24,000 nucleotides of DNA from the NCBI GenBank assembly GCA_018238155.1, contig JABCTZ010000032.1:5034-29033 (forward strand). Reading direction: 5' to 3'. Both the position numbers and the translations under genes were made by a program. How positions within the stretch are numbered: position 1 is the stretch's first letter; each line of letters begins with the position of its first letter. The stretch is from Candidatus Heimdallarchaeota archaeon (GTDB lineage: Archaea; Asgardarchaeota; Heimdallarchaeia; JABLTI01). This document shows positions 1 to 8,129 of the stretch, in pieces. A model generated the notes under the pieces. That model did not search any database. It saw only the letters and a list, made by a program, of their open reading frames with translations, and had not been told where the DNA came from.

Positions 1-422
1 TTACTGAATTCTTCAAGTAAATCAATTTCTTGAATGTCTTCATCCACGAAATCGAGAATTGGTAGAACGAAAGAATCTCCATTTCGTATCTCAGATGCTC
101 TTTTTTCATTTATTTTTCCATCTTCATAAATTAATACGGGATGATCGGCTGTAGTTGTAAAAGATCTGTTACTAATCAAATCGAATTTTATTAAATGATT
201 TGGGGTTGGAGTTTTGATTACATCAAGAATATTTGTTACCACAACTTTTCCCTTTAAGCTATCAAAAGAATGCACTTTGATATTTCTTTTTGGTTGTTTT
301 TTAATTTTAACCATTTTTTCTTCTGTTTCATTTTCAAATTCCTTTTCATATAGTTCTTTGATTTTTATTCGTTTTACTTCACTTTCGATATCCACTAGAA
401 CTTCAGTATCTCCTGGAAAACA
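1..422 (-). mobile_element. Intein (N-terminal splicing region, truncated by the window edge) inserted in PolD DP2
   Basis: After the conserved DP2 motif HAAKRRN (Asn codon 425-423) the frame continues with CFPGDTEVLV (Cys1 codon 422-420; intein block A). It then gives ...RSFTTTADHPVLIYEDG (TxxH, block B; His codon 143-141) instead of the expected DP2 catalytic CDGDED. 140 intein residues are visible. The C-terminal junction lies outside the window. Confidence 0.85.
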
Positions 423-3113
423 GTTACGTCTTTTTGCAGCATGCCAATAAGGATGTGCAAGGTTTCCTTTTACATTGGTAAACCCAATAACTCTACCAGT
501 AATTCCTGATGAAGTATGTGGTGCCAATCCTATTACTAAGTGTCCAATCATATCGGTTATTTTTATTGCGTTATAAAATCTAGGCATCCCATAAACCGAT
601 TCCAGCATGTCATCAACGTATTTTGCTACTCTAAAAAGAAAATTACCATTGTCAATGTTAAGAACGACATCTTGTGTTTTTAACTCAATTATTTGATTTT
701 CATCTTTTATTGGATCGCCATTTTTATCACTAACATACCCTAGCTCTAGTAATCTTTCTATTGTAATATTGATTTCTTTGGGTTTGAAATGCATTAAGGG
801 TATATCTGTTGAATCAAATCGTATTGTTCCATCTTTATAGACATTCAAATCGTGTCGTGCTCTTAGAAATCCTTTCTCTAGAATTTCAGGTAGGCGCTCT
901 TTGTTCATCAGTTTTTTAACGCCTTTTGTTCCTGAAGGTATTGACCCCCCAAGATTTTTCTTCACTCGAGTTATTTCAGCGCTTAGATCTAAGAAACGAG
1001 TTGAAAAGCAAGCAGTGCGTTTCCTGCAATTTCCGCAAAATTCCTCGTCTGTTTCTTTCCCACAACTTGGACAACTTCTTAACAACTTTGTTTGCACTTT
1101 ACAACCCGGACAAGTAACTAAATGGGTTATTTTGTTACACATTGGACATTCTCGTTGTGTAATTGTAACTTCAATTAGCTTCTTCTTTCCTGCCTCTAAA
1201 ATATAACGAGCATTACCTTTTCCTTCCATTTCAACAGGAAACAATGAATGAATAGGAGGATTCATTTTTCGTTCTTTTGCTTTTTCTGGTCTCCCCATTC
1301 TCGCTCCTGAATAGATTGGTATCTTAAATTTTATTTCAAATGGAACAATATATTCGAAAGGGGGAGTTGCCGTTCTTTCGATAGTTTCCGGATTTATTTT
1401 TGCATTGTGAATTTGCATACAGTGATCAATAATTAAATTATGCTCATCAATAACAATGCAACCTTTTTTCACTTTATGAGGTAAACCTATTCTTTCAAAT
1501 ATACGTTTTGAATTGAATTCTTTCTTTAAAACCAAGGCATCTCTATTCTTGGTGATCGTTTCCACTGATTTTTTATCTCTTATCCAATTTTTGAGGATAT
1601 CTGCTCTAAGTTCGAAAAATTCATCAAAAGAGATATCGTGCCAGGCATAAGTGTAGAATGGATGAAGTGGAATCAATAATTCATAACTGAAATTCAATGC
1701 TTCTTCTTGCGTTGGTCTAGTTGTTATAGGATTTAGAAGAAATTGATTTAATCGTTCAATTGATACATTACATTTTTTAGCTGCGATTGTAACATCATTG
1801 TTACATCTTGATTTTATTCTAGATTCTAGATGAAGGATCCACCATTCCTCAACATAACCCGAGGGAATTAATGGATGATTGTTTTCAAGAAACTCTCCAA
1901 ATCCAACGAGAAGATCTCCCAAAAACAGAATCTCTTGTACTTGCTTCTCATATTTGAGAGCTTTTTCATAAGTATCTAACCGAATTACTTCACCGTTCTT
2001 CAATAAGACAGTTGGTCCATCGATAGAATCCACAGGCATTACTACGCTGCCTTTACCTGGACGTTCTGTTCTAATATGGGTTCCTGGAGCTAAAAATTCC
2101 AAAACGATTTGCATTGTTGCCGGATGAATACCTATACCTGCTAGTCCGGTATTCCGAGAATGACCATATCTTATTCTGAACCCACCTGGTTTCGATGGGT
2201 GTGAGAAAATTGGTCTGCCAGCGATTACATCTTTAATATATCCATACGATGGTTGTGTTTTGGACATCGCATCATCTTTATCGTCAGAAGCCTTTGTTAC
2301 CTTAAGTGATTTTAACCAATCCCATCCCTTTAAGCCAACAGTATTAACTGTTTTCAAAATCTTCATTGCTCTTCCAATTATTCCATCATTTAGAACGAGG
2401 CAAGCACCTCCTCTCAAGCTGTTTGTTTCAATTCTTGGGAGATCACGAAAAGCAGATACTTCATCAGGGTTTGTTTGTTCACCTGTTACTTCTACTGGTA
2501 AATTTTTCACTGCAAATTCAATTTGTTCTGCTGTTGATGGACTTTGCAAATGCATTACTCTATTATAGAGATCAATTTCTTCTACAAATCGTTTCATTTC
2601 TTTTCCAGTTGCTTTATACTTGGAAAGACCTAACTCTTTGCGAACATAATCTGTAATTAGCACTGTTAATGCTGCTTCCGTTCCACCTGCAGCTCTAATT
2701 GGTCCTGCGAAATAAATAGCTAAATATCTACTGTTGTCTTCATTGCGTTTTATTTTAACTTTAGCAATTCCTTCAAGAGGTGCTGCTGTTACTCCTTCTG
2801 TTAAAATCGCTAGTGCAGCTCGTATTGCCATGTCAGCCTTTACTTCTTCTGGTTGATTTCCGTTGAATCTTCCAGAAGCAATTTCTTGAGCAATTTTAAA
2901 AGCAACATTTTCTCTATCCATTGATTCTCCTAAACTGGTGATTCGTGCACCAATACCTTTGATACCCATTAAACCTTCAACTTTTCCTGCAACATCCTTT
3001 GCTAAATGTATTTCAGGCTCAAGTTCAGGGTCTAAACCTTTCTTTCGAGCTTCTTTTGCAACTGCATATAAGCGATTTACTTCATCTTCCAAAGCTTGAA
3101 AGTAAGCTTTCAT
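1..3113 (-). CDS. polC: DNA polymerase II (PolD) large subunit DP2, 5' portion; runs off the window start and is interrupted by an intein
   Basis: My own minus-strand translation from the ATG at 3113-3111 is uninterrupted to position 1. It reads MKAYFQALEDEVNRLYAVAKEARKKGLDPELEPEIHLAKDVAGKVEGL ... YFAGPIRAAGGTEAALTVLITDYVRKELGL ... GRPIFSHPSKPGGFRIRYGHSRNTGLAGIGIHPATM ... a Cys cluster (CPMCN..CPGCK..CPSCG..CGNC) ... LAPHTSSGITGRVIGF ... HPYWHAAKRRN. This is collinear with archaeal PolD DP2 as I remember it. It is absent from the ORF track only because no stop codon lies inside the window. An in-frame TGA at 3147-3149 bounds the ORF upstream. Confidence 0.93.
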   Translation of the reverse strand, partial: MKAYFQALEDEVNRLYAVAKEARKKGLDPELEPEIHLAKDVAGKVEGLMGIKGIGARITSLGESMDRENVAFKIAQEIASGRFNGNQPEEVKADMAIRAALAILTEGVTAAPLEGIAKVKIKRNEDNSRYLAIYFAGPIRAAGGTEAALTVLITDYVRKELGLSKYKATGKEMKRFVEEIDLYNRVMHLQSPSTAEQIEFAVKNLPVEVTGEQTNPDEVSAFRDLPRIETNSLRGGACLVLNDGIIGRAMKILKTVNTVGLKGWDWLKSLKVTKASDDKDDAMSKTQPSYGYIKDVIAGRPIFSHPSKPGGFRIRYGHSRNTGLAGIGIHPATMQIVLEFLAPGTHIRTERPGKGSVVMPVDSIDGPTVLLKNGEVIRLDTYEKALKYEKQVQEILFLGDLLVGFGEFLENNHPLIPSGYVEEWWILHLESRIKSRCNNDVTIAAKKCNVSIERLNQFLLNPITTRPTQEEALNFSYELLIPLHPFYTYAWHDISFDEFFELRADILKNWIRDKKSVETITKNRDALVLKKEFNSKRIFERIGLPHKVKKGCIVIDEHNLIIDHCMQIHNAKINPETIERTATPPFEYIVPFEIKFKIPIYSGARMGRPEKAKERKMNPPIHSLFPVEMEGKGNARYILEAGKKKLIEVTITQRECPMCNKITHLVTCPGCKVQTKLLRSCPSCGKETDEEFCGNCRKRTACFSTRFLDLSAEITRVKKNLGGSIPSGTKGVKKLMNKERLPEILEKGFLRARHDLNVYKDGTIRFDSTDIPLMHFKPKEINITIERLLELGYVSDKNGDPIKDENQIIELKTQDVVLNIDNGNFLFRVAKYVDDMLESVYGMPRFYNAIKITDMIGHLVIGLAPHTSSGITGRVIGFTNVKGNLAHPYWHAAKRRNCFPGDTEVLVDIESEVKRIKIKELYEKEFENETEEKMVKIKKQPKRNIKVHSFDSLKGKVVVTNILDVIKTPTPNHLIKFDLISNRSFTTTADHPVLIYEDGKINEKRASEIRNGDSFVLPILDFVDEDIQEIDLLEEFS

Positions 3114-3258
3114 TTCATCAGTTGCAATTAATTCCAATTTACACACTCAACAATTTTTCGTTCAGAATATATCCTATCACAATGGATAGGCATTTTGGAT
3201 AGAGAGAGGTTGCTTTAATAATAATGGTACTATTTCCAACAGTACCATTGTATTATAA

Positions 3259-4842
3259 TTATTTCACAAGAATTGCCGCTACTCCTTCGATTATTCCATT
3301 CGAAACTATAGATGGAATAAAGCCGAATAGTATTAGCGCCAACGCTAGTAGAATTCCAATAAATGTCGTTATTGAAATATCATTATTTACATCTGATATT
3401 CCTGTCGGAATTTTCTGTGATTTATTTAATATTATGGATTTTAGTACGAACATATTACATATTAGTAATAATAAAACCACCACTCCAATTAGAATTCCAA
3501 ATATTAGATAATCGGTTTTTAGGAGTGAATAAATGATCATAAACGTAGTCACTCCACCAAAAGTTGGAAATATACCTATATTTGACAATAAACTAACTGT
3601 GAAGATGAAACCTGAAATTGGTAGTTCTTTTCCTACACCTCTCAATTGGTTTAAATCGTAGCTTCCTCCATTAGCACTGGCAAATTTCTCTATACAAATG
3701 AAGCTTAGAAAAATTGTTGCAACAACATTTATCATATGCAAGTAACCATAACCAAGACAATCCTGTAACAATTTTACTTCTGCTAGTCCCTCAATAATTA
3801 CTAGTCCATTAAATGATAAAGTTGTCAACACAATTCCAATATTGACAAATGTTGTATAGACAATAATTTTCATTAGATTGCTATCTTCTTTTTTGAGTAA
3901 CTGTCCTATAATGAGGAGAATGCCCTCAAATGCTGTTACAAGCCCTATTCCTGCAATAATAATGGAGTAATTTGTGCCTGGAAATATTGTTGGATTAAAG
4001 ATGTTATTTAGTATCCTAAAAATTGAGAATACTGCGGTTATACTTATGAAACCAGTTGTTATTATTTTCATTCCAGTACGGGCGCTTTGGATCGTTGAAT
4101 TTGTCCAGATGTTTAGCAAAAATAGATTAGCAAAAATACCTAAACTAATGATTACTAAAGCAATAATAAAATAGATTACTAAATTCAGATTTTGCAGTAA
4201 ATCAGCATTAAATAATTTATTTTCAAGTATGTATGCAAAATTCAAGCTACCAAATATTCCATAAGTTAGAACAACTGCTAAGAGGAGGAGAGCGATTGCA
4301 AAACCAATTGTCATATAAGCTTTTACTCCACCTACTCGTAAGTCTTCCTTTTTTCTGTCGAAAGTAATTAATAATATTAATGACAAACCAATAATAACCC
4401 AAGAAAGAAATAAAGTAAAGAAATCATACGTTAGTAATACTCCATTTATTCCAGAAATAAGCAAGAGGAAAAAGCTAACATAGATTGGTGCATTTTGTTG
4501 TCCTCTTATTTTCGAGGTTTCATAGATTAACACAAATATCAATATGATATTTAAGAATAGCAATAACCAAGAAGATACGCCATCGCTTCTAAATTGCACT
4601 CCTGTTGGAGGAGCATATTCAACACCAAGTGATGTATCATATACACCATAGATAATTTTTGTTGTGCTTGCTTCTACTCGAGAAATAATTGCACCAAGAA
4701 CAGCTACTATTACAATAATTCCTGCAACAGCAATTTCCCCGGAAAAACTCTTCAGCCATTTTCGTAAACCGAAAATAATCATTCCAAGTAAGAAGGGTAA
4801 TAATATTGGTATTAAGAGAATTATATTTACTGCAACCGCCAT
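3259..4842 (-). CDS. Polytopic membrane protein, NuoN/NuoM/MrpD-like antiporter-type subunit (divergent)
   Basis: 527-aa ORF that is hydrophobic throughout. The segments LLTYDFFTLFLSWVIIGLSLILLITF and LGIFANLFLLNIW...ITAVFSIFRI are collinear with the TM5 and TM7-8 motifs of the proton-antiporter M family. Its ATG at 4842 abuts the TAA of the upstream gene (4843-4845). Confidence 0.7.
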   Translation of the reverse strand: MAVAVNIILLIPILLPFLLGMIIFGLRKWLKSFSGEIAVAGIIVIVAVLGAIISRVEASTTKIIYGVYDTSLGVEYAPPTGVQFRSDGVSSWLLLFLNIILIFVLIYETSKIRGQQNAPIYVSFFLLLISGINGVLLTYDFFTLFLSWVIIGLSLILLITFDRKKEDLRVGGVKAYMTIGFAIALLLLAVVLTYGIFGSLNFAYILENKLFNADLLQNLNLVIYFIIALVIISLGIFANLFLLNIWTNSTIQSARTGMKIITTGFISITAVFSIFRILNNIFNPTIFPGTNYSIIIAGIGLVTAFEGILLIIGQLLKKEDSNLMKIIVYTTFVNIGIVLTTLSFNGLVIIEGLAEVKLLQDCLGYGYLHMINVVATIFLSFICIEKFASANGGSYDLNQLRGVGKELPISGFIFTVSLLSNIGIFPTFGGVTTFMIIYSLLKTDYLIFGILIGVVVLLLLICNMFVLKSIILNKSQKIPTGISDVNNDISITTFIGILLALALILFGFIPSIVSNGIIEGVAAILVK

Positions 4843-6756
4843 TTAAATTCCTCCTCTAAATAGAATTGATACTAAGATGACGAAGAATAGAACCGCCCAC
4901 AGTATGATTCCTGCAGGAGCTTTCAATCTTGTCCAAGTAAAATAGTTGCTTAGAAATTTGAATGGTTTCAAAATTAGATAATTATTGATTTTTTCTAAAT
5001 ATAGCCCCTGTTCTATTACTGATTTCACCATTTTTGTTCCTCTGAAGTTTCTTATTGGAGTAAAGATTTTTCCGATTCCATCTCGGTAAGCGAAGAACGT
5101 CCCTGCAAGAACTAAGGGTACTATTACAAGCATTATCATTGATATAACCCAATTGCCGAAAATCGGAAAATCATACCCTAAATCTAGATTTTTATTTAAA
5201 AATAATTTGAAAAATCCCGGGGAAGAAGTACCAATAATGATCAATATGAATCCCGCAAAGCAAGACCATAATAGAACTAAACCTTCTGAAATCATTGACA
5301 GGATATCTATTGGTCTAATTGTGTACTCTTCATTCACGCCACCAAATAATATTTTCATTAATGACTTTCCTACTGCAAAAACAAGTACTATTGTTGCAAT
5401 CATTGCTAATATCATGAGAGCCATGCTTGATGGAACAAGGCTTGTTCGTAATGATTCAAAGATCATATCACGACTAAAGTAAGTGCTAAATGGAAACATT
5501 CCAACATAGCTTAAAATGGCAATAAAACCGAATATTTGTAAGATTGGAAATTGCTTTCCCAATCCGCCTATTCTTGAAATTTGCTTTGTTCGTAATGATT
5601 TGATTACCATTCCAAAGATAATAGTTAATGCAATGCTAGCTGCAGATCCAAGAATAAGATGATAATATGTTGCTAGATACCCTAATTCATTTGCTGCGCT
5701 TAATCCTAAAAATGTTAAACTCAATTGGAAGAGTGAAGTACCAGTCATTATTCTATTAATATTCTTTGATGAAAAAATCACCACTAAACAGGTGACCATC
5801 GTTGCTATCGCGGTCCACCCAATGATCATAAATGGTGCACTATTGAATAATTCAGTTTCAAAGTGCACTTCTAACCCTTTGTTTGAAAACATAGGAAAGA
5901 AAGCGCATATGATATAGAGACCTATATTACCCAAAGTGACTGAAATAAGAAATGAAGAAATCGGTAGTGGTGTTTTTGCCAAATCAGAATCAATTTCTTC
6001 TCCGGACAAGGGCCAAAGAAGTAATGGAAATTGTGCTGACTTAATGAGCGCACCAAGCACTATGAAGATTTCAATTAGCAATCTGGTATTAGTACTCGTA
6101 CCGCCAATAATTGTGTTGGGCGGTCGCATCCATGCAATCATTAACCTTTCATAAGTCAAAGTGTCGTATGCTTTTCCTATTAAACCAATTCCAATTATTA
6201 ATAGAATATCTCCAATGAAGTTAAATATGAAAAATCTTATAGCTGCTTTTCCAACTTTTTTCCCTTCTTCTCCTGATTTATTACTCCAATGTGAAATTAG
6301 GAAGAACCCTCCTAAACTTGCGATTGCAAAACCTGAAAACATCCACAATAGGTTATTTGAAAAGATTGCAAAAAGCATTCCACCTTGTGTTATTAGAAAG
6401 AAAAACCAATATTTTGTTTGATTTCTATCCCCTGACAAGTAATTGATAGAATAAAGACCTAGGAAAGCACTTAGGGCATTTATTAAACAAGTAAATCCAA
6501 CCGATAATTCATTAATATGTATCCCCAAGTAAATATTCGGTAACCAAAGGAAATATTGATTTTGATGTAAGTGCATTTGCCATATTAGTAGCAGAGAAAT
6601 TATTGATGTTGGAATCAAAATAACAATTACCAGAATCCAAGATCTTGTTTTCCCTTCTGCAACATACCTATCCTCTATTTGTGAAAGTCCTAATGCTAAT
6701 ATTGCTCCAATAAATGGTAGTAATATTGTTACCCAAGCAAGTGCAATACCATTCAT
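4843..6756 (-). CDS. Polytopic membrane protein, NuoL/MrpA-like antiporter-type subunit
   Basis: 637-aa ORF. NNLLWMFSGFAIASLGGFFLISHW, FIFNFIGDILLIIGIGLIG and GALIKSAQFPLLLW...KTPLPISSFLISVTLGNIGLYI align by eye with the NuoL motifs [29 protein letters not shown] and GAVGKSAQLPLQTWL...[20 protein letters not shown]. Confidence 0.8.
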   Translation of the reverse strand: MNGIALAWVTILLPFIGAILALGLSQIEDRYVAEGKTRSWILVIVILIPTSIISLLLIWQMHLHQNQYFLWLPNIYLGIHINELSVGFTCLINALSAFLGLYSINYLSGDRNQTKYWFFFLITQGGMLFAIFSNNLLWMFSGFAIASLGGFFLISHWSNKSGEEGKKVGKAAIRFFIFNFIGDILLIIGIGLIGKAYDTLTYERLMIAWMRPPNTIIGGTSTNTRLLIEIFIVLGALIKSAQFPLLLWPLSGEEIDSDLAKTPLPISSFLISVTLGNIGLYIICAFFPMFSNKGLEVHFETELFNSAPFMIIGWTAIATMVTCLVVIFSSKNINRIMTGTSLFQLSLTFLGLSAANELGYLATYYHLILGSAASIALTIIFGMVIKSLRTKQISRIGGLGKQFPILQIFGFIAILSYVGMFPFSTYFSRDMIFESLRTSLVPSSMALMILAMIATIVLVFAVGKSLMKILFGGVNEEYTIRPIDILSMISEGLVLLWSCFAGFILIIIGTSSPGFFKLFLNKNLDLGYDFPIFGNWVISMIMLVIVPLVLAGTFFAYRDGIGKIFTPIRNFRGTKMVKSVIEQGLYLEKINNYLILKPFKFLSNYFTWTRLKAPAGIILWAVLFFVILVSILFRGGI

Positions 6757-6759
6757 TTT

Positions 6760-7140
6760 TCAAACTTCCTCCTCAGTTAGAGTATTAGCTTCTTTGGTCT
6801 TATTTCCTTCTTGAATACTGAAATCGAAATCAAGCAGAGTTGATCCTTCATTAACCTCTCTCAATTTCTTGTCTAGACCAATCCCGATTATAACAAAAAT
6901 TGCGCTCACGATTATAATAAAAAATGATAGTGTTTGTGCAAGTGGGTCTGAAAAAGTAATACTTTGATTATTTGCTGCGCCAAAGGATAACAACAATAAA
7001 TTTACTGCCATTAAAAGAATAACAATACCAAATACTACCTTTAGGAATTTTTTTGCTGTAATCAAAGAATAGATTCCAATACAAAAAAGTATCATTACTG
7101 CTAATATGGTATATGGGAATGGTGTAGTCCAATCTAACAC
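6760..7140 (-). CDS. Small membrane subunit, NuoK/MrpC-like
   Basis: 126-aa ORF with three predicted TM segments. ILFCIGIYSLITAKKFLKVVFGIVILLMAVNLLLLSFG aligns by eye with NuoK [35 protein letters not shown]. The GTG start at 7140-7138 shares one base with the TAG of the upstream gene (7142-7140). Confidence 0.7.
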   Translation of the reverse strand: MLDWTTPFPYTILAVMILFCIGIYSLITAKKFLKVVFGIVILLMAVNLLLLSFGAANNQSITFSDPLAQTLSFFIIIVSAIFVIIGIGLDKKLREVNEGSTLLDFDFSIQEGNKTKEANTLTEEEV

Positions 7141-7466
7141 TAATAATATCTCCTTTCTTGTTGAGTTTGTCTTTCAGGTTGTTTTATTACTTCAAAATTG
7201 ACAAGATAATAGGAACCCATTATTGCTAAAGTGAGTATTATTAAGATTAGGAGTAAATCATATACTCTAAATGTCCAAAGATTTCTTCCTATTTCTTGCC
7301 CTAAAATTGAATAATTTACTTCTGTCTGATTTGGTCCTGAATAAAAGGAATCTTGATTTATCTCAAGAAAAACCAAGAAAAAGACCATTCCAAATAATCC
7401 TGCGGTGATAATACCTATGCCACGTACAAACCACTGATTTAATCGTTCTATTTTTGCTTCAGTCAT
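7140..7466 (-). CDS. Small membrane protein, possibly MnhB/MbhE-like subunit
   Basis: The ORF track gives 7140..7538, but that start overlaps the upstream gene. The internal ATG at 7466 is preceded by GGGAGAG, 6 nt upstream, and lies 17 nt after the upstream TAA (7486-7484). There are two TM segments. RNLWTFRVYDLLLILIILTLAIMG weakly resembles the R-x-x-D TM motif of MnhB-domain proteins. Confidence 0.5.
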   Translation of the reverse strand: MTEAKIERLNQWFVRGIGIITAGLFGMVFFLVFLEINQDSFYSGPNQTEVNYSILGQEIGRNLWTFRVYDLLLILIILTLAIMGSYYLVNFEVIKQPERQTQQERRYY

Positions 7467-7483
7467 TATTTCTCTCTCCCAGC

Positions 7484-7888
7484 TTAAAATCTCCTCATAT
7501 CTTTTTGTACTGTACGTTTGCTTCTCAGCTTGGACCAATCAATAACAGAAAGACAAATGAAAATAATCACCAAGATTGCTAAGATAAAAGGCCACAAATC
7601 AGCAAGAACTAAAACTTCAAACAGACCGTATAGTGGAAATGCAAGTAAAATAATAATCATTTCAAACACAAGTATGTAAACGGTGTATTGATATAATTTA
7701 TTTAAATGTTCATCTGAAATCTTTGTTGTTATTTTTCGATATTCCTGTGGTTTTTCTTCTACACCTTCTAGTTTTTGTTTAATTACTTTTCCAGTTATTG
7801 AAATAATTATTGCTGTTATAATCATAGCAGCTGCAAAACCAAAGGCCAATGCAACAATAATCGGCAAATCTTGCAATTGTAAAGACAT
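7484..7888 (-). CDS. Small three-TM membrane protein, first gene of the Mrp-like operon (family not recognised)
   Basis: ORF 7484..7900 in the track starts with GTG. An ATG at 7888 gives MSLQLQDLPIIVALAFG.... The layout is TM1, a charged loop of about 40 aa, then two TMs carrying buried acidic residues (VFEMIII, LADLW). It has no MrpE/F/G signature that I can recognise. Confidence 0.55.
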   Translation of the reverse strand: MSLQLQDLPIIVALAFGFAAAMIITAIIISITGKVIKQKLEGVEEKPQEYRKITTKISDEHLNKLYQYTVYILVFEMIIILLAFPLYGLFEVLVLADLWPFILAILVIIFICLSVIDWSKLRSKRTVQKDMRRF

Positions 7889-8071
7889 TATTCTTCCCAC
7901 TTGTTATTTCTCTATTATGCATTAGTCTACTCTATTTATTAGCTAATTGGTTCCTTTTGAAGTAAAATTTGCTGTAAATTTATTCCTTATTACAAAAGCT
8001 TTGATTAGAAGTTAACATTTGTTAATATCTGGTTTGTATAAATGTAATGTTGTAATAAAAAAATAAGCTCT

Positions 8072-8129
8072 TTTGAAAAAAAAGAAATCAAAACATCAAA
8101 TAGTCTGAGGAATCAAACTATATTTGATG
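8072..8129 (-). terminator. Hairpin plus oligo-T terminator candidate for the 8118..8855 gene
   Basis: On the minus strand CATCAAATA (8129-8121, the last three codons) pairs with TATTTGATG (8102-8094) across an 18-nt loop that contains the TAG stop. This is followed by TTTT and a T8 run (plus-strand A8 at 8076-8083). Confidence 0.45.

Noticed and set aside
214-3202. Plus-strand ORFs in the track (214..450, 901..1206, 926..1117, 2260..2568, 2366..2656, 2999..3202).
   Set aside because: They lie antisense to the continuous, highly conserved PolD DP2 reading frame, and their translations are low-complexity and non-protein-like.
3224-6421. Plus-strand ORFs antisense to the antiporter-like genes (3224..3511, 3974..4174, 4664..4846, 5153..5482, 5936..6154, 6161..6421).
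   Set aside because: They are shadows of long hydrophobic minus-strand genes. There are no start-site signals, and the minus-strand products have recognisable family motifs.
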